Assembly: GCA_030141605.1 (NCBI GenBank)
Contig: JAQGDQ010001364.1
Location: 1-44,252, forward strand
DNA: 44,252 nucleotides
Origin: Tubiluchus corallicola
Lineage: Eukaryota > Animalia > Priapulida
Direction: 5' to 3'
Both the position numbers and the translations under genes were made by a program. Below the pieces are notes generated by a model, which searched no databases, was not told the origin of the DNA, and saw nothing but the letters and a program-made list of their open reading frames with translations. This document shows, in pieces, positions 24,733 to 35,800 of this stretch (position 1 is its first letter; every line of letters starts with the position of its first letter).

Positions 24733-25123
24733 TAGGGGTGAGCATCGAACGTTCGAATTCGATTCGAACGAGTTTTTTTAGTTTGAACTCGATTCGAATC
24801 CAAAACTATAGATTCGAATAATTCAGCACTTCAATCACATATGTTCCTGATCATTAAAACGATTGAAACATCATGCAATTAACATAATTTAGTTGTTATT
24901 TCTGCGCACAACTTAGTCGAAGTAAATTACTAGTCGTTTTATCTCAGAAAAAAATCTAGTGATGTGCATGATCTTTGTAAGACTAATTTTTACTGGTGGT
25001 TCGAAAACTAGTTCGAAAATCCGGTGCGAATTCGAAACACGGAAGTTCGGTTCGATTCGAATTCAAAAATCACAAACTCGGTTCGATTCGAATTCGCTTT
25101 CTGGTAGAGAATGCTCGCCCCTA
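24733..25123 (+). mobile_element. hAT MITE (TTCGAA-rich family)
   Basis: TIR taggggtgagcat / atgctcgccccta; perfect 8-bp TSD ttagagac (24725-24732, 25124-25131). Confidence 0.9.
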
Positions 25124-25224
25124 TTAGAGACTAGCAAATTTGCACTATTATGGTGTTGGTCGTTATGGAAGACAACGTTTGTCAGCTCAGCATCAGAGCT
25201 TGGCTTAAATAAAGATGCAACAGA

Positions 25225-25320
25225 TTTTCAACGTCGTCGCTTTTGTAGCTTATGGCGCGCTGTCGAAAATATAAAGTACGCTTTTAGTATTTTTGCCTAA
25301 AATGACAATAAAGAGGTTTT
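25225..25320 (+). promoter_or_regulatory. Candidate CENP-C promoter / first-exon region
   Basis: Local CpG cluster with E2F-like tggcgcgc at 25253; candidate ATG at 25302; inference only. Confidence 0.3.
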
Positions 25321-26795
25321 ACCGTTTGTTGTGCATTGATATAACGCCTTGAAACTGAGATACACAGCTATCGCTAGATTTCTTTGAGCTTATTTAACTT
25401 TCAGAGGGATATTTGTTTTCAAACTTTGCTTAGATATGTTGACTTAGGACTATATACTAGCAGCCTATGCTATAGTAATTATACACTAATAGTAATTACA
25501 GTGCATACACAGTACAGCCTTGATAGTCAGTTACTTAGGTATATGCTGTTACAATTATAGTGTAAACACTTTTCTGAAAAGAAAAACATGGTTTGCATGG
25601 TGTGTGTTTTTATTTTTTAAAATTTATAGGACAAAGATTAAAGTATGGAAAAGTGCGCTCCTGTAGCAAATTCTCTATTATGCTGTCAAATGTACTTAAA
25701 TTCAGATTAAGTTCAACAACTTTTATTCGGACCTTTAATATCATAAAAGCTGCATGCAATCCATCCAGCTGAACACGCAAAATTTGTATTTAGCTACGAC
25801 TATGGATGAGTCGCAGTGAGGTGTTAAGGTCAATTGAGACTTAGAATAACTTCAGTCTGAGATTGAAAAAAGTCAACTGTTGTTTTAGTACTTGCCTAAA
25901 AAAGGTGGTTTGAAGAAACCAAAAAACTTGAAATTTAGTTTTAAGATTTTATTCTGAAGTGCCTACATAAACAGTGAAGTAGTGTCCTGTTAAAAAGCAG
26001 GAAACCAAGTGACCAGAACTACAGGCGAAATCATTTAGATGTGAAAACAGGTTTAGAGATTATGCATTCATAAAGACTGTAGAAGCCAATGAACATTTAA
26101 ACAGTAAAGAGAAAGCTTCAACAATTTTAACAAAAACACCTGAAGGTGGCAGCACTATCCAAAACTCAAAAAAGTATGATGACAGTACAACATAAATTTA
26201 AATTTAGAGTAATTAAAATGATTTTCTTCTGTCCAAAAGGTATCCTGTATAGTCATGAGGGTAACATGATTTTATTTGCACTTTGAAAAAATCAAATTGT
26301 TTGATAAAATTAGAGCATGATTTACCTGCCTAAGTTGTTATATTATAGAGATGTAGTGTAAAAAGTAGGCCAATAAATTTTTGATATGAACATTCTTCAC
26401 ACATAAGTCTGCAACCAGTAAAAAAATCTGAAAAAACTAGTAGTCATTGTTTTGCTGACGAAAGTTTGACTGTGCCAGTATTCTGTTATTTACTAATGTG
26501 CCGTGGTCGATAGGGTCTCATGTTTCTCAAAACTGTAAATGCTTTGACATTTTCAGAATTTCAGTAATTAGGATTTTCTGAACTTGCGGCTGAAAAACTG
26601 CCAATCTGAACAAGAGTATGTGCATCAAATCAGCATTCTTATAGAACACTTATGCATGACATCATTTGCTTGCTGTTGACACTTAACAATAGATAATGCT
26701 GAATTATGAGTGCGATAACTTTGCTAAATTACTAAACCCAGTTTCGTTTATTTACAGATGCAACAATGTAAACGCTTCATGCATTTGAAAAGAAT

Positions 26796-26815
26796 ATGTT
26801 TGGCAACATAGGAAG
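26796..26815 (+). CDS. CENPC: CENP-C exon: MFGNIG(R); true start uncertain
   Basis: Donor AG|gtaagt at 26816; phase 2 joins 28748. Confidence 0.7.
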
Positions 26816-29800
26816 GTAAGTGTGAAAATTATTATAAATGTGTTTCTTGTATGTGATAAAGGTAATAAAGGAAATTGGATGATTTATTAGACTCAATTTC
26901 ATTTTAATTTGCTATCCAAAATATACATTTTCTTGCCCATAAATGTTAGGAGTTATTTCTAATATTTGAATAATTATCTTGGAAAATTAATTAACGGCAA
27001 CCGAATACAGCTATCCTTTACTTCGCAAACTAACTACAATTCGTGCAATGGTAGGCATCTTCCCTGCGCATCATACACTTCTGCATAAGCAAAAATTACG
27101 GTAAAACACTGATATGGTGTCACTAAAATCAACTCTACATCACGCGGACATCACAGACGAACAGTGCTGTTCATGACAATCCTTCTCACGGTATCCTATT
27201 TGTCAACTATGCGAATGTGACAGAAAAGCGCCATTGCCTGTCTTAGTGGATTCACTGAGCTGCACATAGCTTTGTAAGTTTAACAAAATTTAACTATCCG
27301 AGGTAATTATTATTTAATCTTAGCCTTTATTTAAAAAAAAGCTGTTGTGGTTTTCAATATTTTATAGCTTCAATAGTCTTCAATATTTTAGTTTTCAATA
27401 TGTCTACGCTGTGATCCGGTTTTCCTTTAACACAGTTTGATGTGTTCATAGTTATCCATAAACAGTTGACTTGCATATTTATATTTGATAAGGTCGGTTA
27501 GGAAATTGAAAGAAGCTGAGGAAAATTCGCAGGTGAGCCACTGTCATTTTAACATAATTGGGTGGAATTCATTTAGATTTGGCGTATGTATTTATATATA
27601 TATATAAGGCTCTCCAGAGGGTTAACAAAGGCGCGATAACCCTTGTTTTTTAAGGTGTGACAATTTCTACGCGAGATCCCGAAAAGCCTCAAGGAATGCC
27701 GCACCACCCTCCTACCTAAGACCGTCAAGGGCCTTCAGGACATATATATACATATATGTACACCTGGGTTTTACTTTTTGACAAACTTTATTAACTTTGG
27801 GTATAGAAATTTTTTGTGGTATTAGTTTGCTTCCATTCTTATGTGCAACGCTTAGTGAAACTTGCCCCGTAAGTTCGCATAAAAGTTGACAGTCCAACGC
27901 CAAATCGAAATTAATTCCACACTATTATGTTAAAATGACAGCGGCTCACCCGGGAATTTTCCTTAGCTTTTCCCAAATTCTTAACCCACCTTATCATATA
28001 TAAATATATAAGTAAACCGTTTTGTGGATAATTAGTTATATATTAGATATACCGAAAGTAATTAAAAGATTAATTGCACTTCAATATTAATTTAAACGGT
28101 AAGGTTCGTAATTGCGACTTATGAATAATTGTATACACTATTTAAAAAATTCATCAATGGTTTCTCTATTTTGATGCACGAATCTAAAAAGCAAAATGTT
28201 TGCTGATATTTCCTGGATTTTTGTCCCCGTCAGACACTTCTGAAAACATTCAGAAAAAGTTGCGATTTTTTAATGACGGAACTTTTTTGTGCAAAGACAA
28301 TTTTCTTTGGTTTTCAAAGCTGTTTTATTATTTGTACAGTAAATTCGTATTCTGTCTCTTTTGTAATTTGTTTGAAAAAAAACATATTATTTTTACTGAA
28401 ATGAAAAATAATGTAGTGATTTGCTGAGGCATTTGTAGCCTGAGCATATGTAAGTTTACTGAATTAAACTACAGCTAGAAATAATCAAATGTAAAAATAT
28501 TGAAAGAAAACATAATTGTTTTTAACAGTGATTTACTTAAAAGAACAATTAGTGCACAAGTTTACTTTTCAAGTTCACACATTTTGCCATGGACTACTTG
28601 GACCCCACAGCTTGCATCTCAATATTGTGTAGCACAAAAAAACAGGCACTGTACCTGTCAGTTCAGTTGTGATGTAGTACACACATTCAAAAGCTCATGG
28701 GGTCACCTTGAAATTTAAATTAACTATATATTGACTTCATTATCCAGAAGAACACTGCTGGATGTAAGAGCCGGGAAGAAAATTGGACGTCATTCCGACG
28801 GGTTTGAGAGATTTGAAGATTACTGGACAGGTTGGTGACTTGTCATACTTTGTCCCTCAACCCCATTGGGGGTCTAGGTGGCCCCAAAACCCCCGGCCCG
28901 TTTCAAAGTTTTTTGCAATTTGTCATTCTCATCCCTGCTTAGTGCATAAGTATTATTTTCCGAGTACTTGTACTTGGAACTTCTTTAAACAAAATACTTG
29001 ACTTGTACTTAATCGTAAAGTGATTTAAAAATATCAAAGTACTTTATAAATCTACTTTGCTTTATATAACTACACGAAAAAGTAAAAGAATAGAACTAGT
29101 TACTCCTTCCTCGTACTATCAAAGTCGGCATACAAGTACCTATCCCTTCTGACTTCTTCTGCATTGGTAGAAAAAACTTTCAGCATTGCAGGTACAATAT
29201 TTATGCTTATGTGCTACAGGCTGACGGACACAAATTTTGAAAAGCTAATGTTCGTTAGGCGTAATCACACGTAAAAGTGTAACGTTGGATAAGTAATAAA
29301 TATGATGTTTTATATAAAAGTTATTTACTTTTAGACCAGATGATTGTTTAGACTTAATCCCATTTTAATTTACTGTCCAAAGTACACATTTTCTTGCCTG
29401 TAGAAGTTAGTAATTGCTTCTGATATTTGAATAATTAGCTTAGAAAGTTAATTAATGGCAACTGAACACAGCTATTGCTTACGTCAGAAGTTAACCACAG
29501 TTTGTGCAATGGCAGGCGTCTTCCCTTGTCTAGGTGTTACAGTACTGCTTAAATGCATGGCATGTCACGAAAATGGGCTCTACGCATATGACGTCAGAAA
29601 CTAACACTGCAGTTCATGATCATGGTTATCACGGTACCGTCTTCTATTTATCGGCCACGCGAATATGACAAAAAGACGCCTCTGCCAATCTTAGTAGATT
29701 CACTGAGCCGCGTGTAACTTTAAAAGTTCAACGAAATTTGAGTATGCGAGGCAATTATTATATAATCTAAGCTTTGATTTAAAATAAGCTATTGTAGTTT

Positions 29801-32800
29801 TCAATATTTTAGAACATTCTTTATTCTGAACTAATGTTTACACAATCATCCGGTTTTGAAAATGTACTTGATAAAATGCACTTGTGCTTGTACTTGTACT
29901 TGATAGCTTTCGGAAGTACTTGTACTTGGTTCAGGTGACCCAAACCTGGTTGGGATGGATTGTCATTTGTATGCTGTTATTTTTAGACAGTGAACAGTCT
30001 GATGATGAAAGTGTGTCGTCGTCTGTCGTCGCAGAAACAGTCAAAAATGCTACTAAAGTAAGTTTTTAACTTCTATATTTACTCTTACGTGCATAGATGT
30101 TAAATTCTGAAGCCTAGTTTAGCTTATTTTAGCTCCTTTTAGCTCAGTTTTTTTCGGGTTTTCTTTTCTATGGAACTCTTTAGGAAAAAGTTGTTCCTCA
30201 GTTTCGGCTGCTTCGAGATGAATGTGCGAGTAGGCGCATCTCCTTCGCAACAAATTAGTATTATGCTCTATGTTCATATTTTCGCTTTTCTATTATAGTT
30301 CCCTACTGTGACTGGTTGCCAGCCTTGTTTGAAATGATTCGTATTAAAAGAATTAGTTATTATATTCATATTATTGCTATTTGTCGTCCATTGTTAGTTT
30401 TTGAAGGTAAAAGTTTATTGATTGTTGCTGAGTTCTGTTCCAGAACTCCTCGTTAAGTTTTTGCTAATACCTAGTGGAAATCTTGACCATGAATGATGTT
30501 AAATTCAAAATCTGCTTTGTGATAGACTGTTATTGAAACAATGCATTTGTGATACATTGTTATTGAAGAAACACATTTGTCATATATTGTTATTGAAGCA
30601 ATGCATTTGTGATAGATTGTTATTGAAACAATGCATTTGTGATGTATTGTTGTTGAAACAATGCATTTGGTAATACACTGTCATTGAAAGGATTGATCTT
30701 TTAGTAGACTGTGATCGTAATAATGCATTTGGTAGTAGATTATTATTTAAACAGTGCATTTGTGATAGATTGTTATTGAAGCAATGCATTCAGGAATACA
30801 TTGTTATTGAAAGGATTCACTATTTAGTAGACTGTGATTGTAATAATGCATTTAACTGAAAAATAAACACTTAACATAAGAAGTGTGACTTTGATTAACA
30901 TTTGCACTAGCTTGTATTTGTCTTGCAGTCAAAACCTCTGCGTTCCATGTCTCCGTTTTCTTCTGCACCACCGAGTACAAGCTCCTTAAACAACGGTCTC
31001 TCCGCAGCTGGTAATGCTGATGGTGTCGTGGCAGGCTTACGTTCGATGCTGTCGAACGGTTTACCAGCCGATAATGACGATACTACCGATGGTGAGAAAT
31101 CATCTCCGGAAAAAGTTCATTCGGGTATCTCTTTTTACATTTGATTGGTCGATTACAGTTTGTAAATGACAATGGCAAATGTACACTGCGCTTACGGGGA
31201 GTTGTATGTTGAAGATCTTTATGTGTGAATTTGATTTTAATTGTAGTTATTTTCATCTATAGCCGTGGGCTATCGTCTGTAGGACTGTAACGGTACACCT
31301 AGCTCAGAATACAATACCGTGACGCTGTCTTCATGATACGTTACGTGTCACGATACACCTTAGTTAATGTTTGCAGGTTTTATAAAAACACTAGATGAAG
31401 CCGTTGATAATAAATGCTAAACGTACTTATTAATCACCAGTGTTAGGATTGCTAAATGCTGAAATAACTTGATTAACTGTTTGATTTTTATTTATTACTT
31501 GTGTAATGTGTAGGCTATTGTTTGCATTGTAAGCCACCAGAAAGGCAAAACGTATCAATACTTTAGGTTTAAAAGTTGCTTGTCTGGTTTCTGGTTCACG
31601 TGTGAAAGTGTCATTTCTGAAGAATGTCTGGAATTCGTGCTTTTTACTCGTTAGATGACTCCAAGAACTCGTCAGTCCTTAGTTACGACAGCATCTGCGC
31701 TTGGTCATCACTTGTCACATTTCCCTGTGTAGCACAAAACCGTGACATGGTGTAGGGAAGCCGTTGCTAGCACATTTGTTCAGCGTGCGGTCTTCCGAAG
31801 TTTTAATTAAACACAACTCGTTTTTACGTCCGAATTTGACCGTTAACTGTACGACCCATACGCGATAATAGATAATATTTTAATGACAATTTCACTGTTC
31901 TGAATAAGCAATTTTGCATTTTCATCCTACCGCCAGTCTTCCTCGCTCTCCGATAGATCATTTTCTCAGAAAACTTTCAGACACTTCAACCAGAACCATT
32001 CATGTAATACCCAGACATTCTTAATTGAGCCCTACCTTATGTAGTGTCCTTAAGCTATGAATTTAAATGCAGTAATCACGTTCAACTGTTTAGGTACTCC
32101 GCTGCACAAGACAAACTGCATAAGTTCTAATCACGATGATAAAATCGTGTTCGAGGGTCAGGAGACCGGATCGTGGACGAGGTCCAAGCAGCCGTACAAA
32201 CGCTTTCCCCGGGGAACTTGCAAAAAGTGCGTCAGTCTACGATTCTAGTGCGAATTATATTGGTTGCAGGATAAGTTGTTGTGTCACGTCACGTTATGCT
32301 ACGTCATTTTGTGTTGTGTCATGTCATGTTACATCATCTAATGTCATGTCATGCAGTGACGTCTTGTGTCATGTCAGGCAGTGTCATCTTGTGTCATGTT
32401 ATGTTACATCATCCAATGTCATGTCATGCAGTGTCATCTTATATCATCTCATGTAGTGTCATCTTCTGTCATGTCATGCAGTGTCATCTTGTATCCTACC
32501 ATGTTATGTCATCTTACGTCATGTCATGTTGTGGTTTTTCGTTATATATTTGTCATGTTTTATTTCCTTCCTAATTAAATCAGCTGTCTCGTTAAAGTAC
32601 ATTATTTTCTCTGCGTTATTTATTCTAGTGCAAATAAATTTCGTCTGCGAACCCCAGAGTTCAGTGGCGTAGCCAGTAGGAGATGCAAGGGCAGCAACCA
32701 CTCCCCCAGGCATAGCCAGTAGGAAAGCAAGGGCAGCAACCACTCCCACGGGCGTAGCCAGTAGGAGATGCAAGGGCAGCAACCACTCCCCCAGGCATAG

Positions 32801-35800
32801 CCAGTAGGAAAGCAAGGGCAGCAACCACTCCCACGGGCGTAGCCAGTAGGAAAGCAAGGGCAGCAACCACTCCCCCAGGCATAGCCAGTAGGAAAGCAAG
32901 GGCAGCAACCACTCCCATGGGCGTAGCCAGTAGGAAAGCAAGGGCAGCAACCACTCCCCCAGGCATAGCCAGTAGGAAAGCAAGGGCAGCAACCACTCCC
33001 CCGGGCGTAGCCAGTAGGAAAGCAAGGGCAGCAACCACTCCCCCGGAAACATTTTTCAAAATTGGCACCTTTTCAACAGTTTTTTAACTCTTTGGTTTAC
33101 TTGTGCGATAAAGGTGGAACATTTTTTTTATTTTTCTTTAATCTCATGACCTTGGAAAAAGCTTTCGGAGATATTACTTTATTTAACTAACCTGCCTCTC
33201 GTGTCTTTGGCATTAAATTGTCCAGATTGTCTGAATTAGCTGTGATCTCCATTGAAAGAGAGTTGGCTACTGCGGTGGATTATAATAAAGTTGTAGATTA
33301 CTGTGCTAGAATGAAGCCAAGACAAAAGAGACTGTTGTACTTCCTTCATCATGCTTCATTTTGTTTTCATTTTACGTTTTTAATTAAAATAATTAAGTAA
33401 CAGATATTTTTATCATGTTTTGAGATTCATGAGCTTACTGTAAAACTTTTTATTGTGTTTTAAATTTAAGTACGCAATAAGAATTATGTACTCTCTTTGA
33501 AGCTGTATCTTCCAAACATTTGTGCCAATATTGGCAAAATGTCGCTGACTCACCCTACAGGGTGCTCCACTCACTAGCCAGAAACGTATTTTTAATCTTA
33601 TTGACAAGATACAGTAATTTAAAATTTTACTTAATTAGCAACACCTATGCTACGAATGCTCTGATTATTTTTTCAAATTTTACTTAATGTTATCAAAACT
33701 TGTTTTCAAACGACCGAGCATGAAAATGCCTGCACCTAACGGTCACCGCGGGAGTTTAAATTTACACGTTTTATACAGTGTTAATGCCGATGCAAGCCAT
33801 GAATACGAAAAGTTAGTACCGTATTTTCCCGTGTATAAGAGACCCTTGTGTATAAGAGACCCCTTCAATTTTTAGGCAAAAATTCTGGAAAAAAGTTTTT
33901 CAGACGGACATTTTTAGAGGGTAGAGTACAACTTTTTTCAACTCAGTGCGGTACTGAAAACAAAATAAAACCAGTTAATGTGTTGTAGAAAAAGAGTACT
34001 GGTATATATTAAAGTGCGTACCTGCAAACCTGTAACAGGAAAAGAGAAAACGAGGAGATAATGCCTGTGTCACGATGCTTGTATTGCTTACAACCGCTTC
34101 ATAGTCGAACGCGACACGCAAAACAGTTGTAGAGCACTTATTTCTTTAAAATCATTAGTGTCACAATTTATGCATCTTATTGAAAAGACTTACTCCCATG
34201 TATAAGAGACCCCCTATTTTTAAAGTGAAAATTCTGAGCAAAAAAGGGTCTCTTATACACGGGAAAATACGGTACGTAAGTGGTACAAAATTTCAAGACG
34301 ATTTTTTAAGCTTTATGTAAGTGAAGGGTTTTCTTGTGCTTTAAAAGATTTAGCAGGTTAATTTGGTCAAAACACATTCATCTCACAGTCTATTAAGCGG
34401 TGCTTATTGCACACTCGTATTTCGGTTTGGCAGACAAAAGTGGGGAGACATCGGTTCAAATTTGCCGATTGTCCGCATTTACCGTTCCTAAGCTGATACA
34501 GTAGTCGCCGTGTATTAGACTCACGGTGATGTAGAATCATTCGCCTCATTGTCTCAAAAACGTCTAGTACAAGCCGTTCCTGACATACAAACTACATACG
34601 TGCCTTTACACCATGGTTGCACTGATGTAATGATGTAAACAAAGTGATGGCCCGCCAACTAGCGGTCAACTCGCGAAACAATGAATTGTGTCCAGAGTAT
34701 GCGGGACTTTTAACATTCCAGATTTTGTCCAATTTTTCCGTTATCCGTATAAGCGAGGTCCGGCAAATCAAGATAGGAGTGTATTATGTTAAGTATGTAT
34801 TTATTTGCAGGTTATCATTCTCACAGCTTGAGTTAGCTAAACAGGCTGAGCTCAAAACCTCGAGTGAAGCCAGACGATCTAAATCTAACCACGGCGTCGA
34901 CGATCAAGAAAACTCCGACTCCTCAATGGCTTCATCTAGGTTGGAGACGTTGCGATCTATAAGTGTTCCCGTTGTCATCACTGACGAGGAAAACGAGAAA
35001 CGAGTCGGATCTGTTACGTTGCATAACACGACTGACTTCCGAAGCACCGACGAGGTAGACGAGGACGATGGCGTTGAAAGTACTAATGCCACGGAAGGCG
35101 AAGAATCACTTGAAACTACGGAAGCTGACACGACGCTAACGAAAGTTACTGTCGGCGTTGATGATGATGATGATGACATCAGTGACGATGAATTTGTACT
35201 GGTTAGTCAAGTAAGCTGGTCGTTGGGCGACAGCGTACTTCCAAAAGACGGCGCAAAACAATCGAAATCGCAAAAACCGGGCACGTCAAAATCGGCCGTT
35301 TCGGCTGGGAAAAGATCATCCCACCCGGAGCGTGAAATTGCAAGTCGTAAGAAGAAAACGAAACCTCTGAAAGCAACAGTGAACGATTACGTATCAGATA
35401 GTGAAAATGATGTCGGTAAACAATTGACGGACGATTTTCCTAGATCTGAAATAAGCGAAAACATTTCGACGAAGAGGGCCAACTCGACTCGTAATGAGCA
35501 AAACGCGTCCGTACACGAAGTCGTAAAACTCAAGAGGAGAGGAAAAACAGCAAAAAGCTCAGCGAGAAACAAGATGTCCGACGGTGACAAAAGTGCCAAA
35601 ATTCAGGAACGGTCCACCGATAATTTTGCGGATGGTTCTAGCAGAACTAATCTACGCGAAAGCAATTTGATGGACAAACGTAACTCTTTTCACAGTGAAC
35701 CACCAGATCTTACAGAGAAAATGGTGAGTTGTGCAACAAAGGGCAAAGATGGTTCTACAAACGAGACGACTAGAAGTGAAAAGCGAACGGGCGATTCTAC

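Noticed and set aside
28828-29986. Intron created by the hAT element (introner-like), since caggttggtgac at the donor resembles the inverted end gtgacccaaacctg
   Set aside because: The match is short and imperfect, there is no TSD, and the element ends ~40 nt before the acceptor.
32519-33068. 177-aa and 135-aa hydrophobic repeat ORFs
   Set aside because: Antisense reading of a 42-bp minisatellite.
34644-34810. N-terminal 56 aa of the 557-aa ORF as coding
   Set aside because: GTG start within a Tigger-like MITE; a strong acceptor at 34810 fits the phase of the upstream exon. The tail after 36186 is likewise intronic.
35211-35729. Strong internal donors (caa|gtaagc 35211, atg|gtgagt 35724) splitting the large exon
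   Set aside because: Both are phase 0, incompatible with the next phase-1 exon; the frame is open throughout and the central motif lies downstream.
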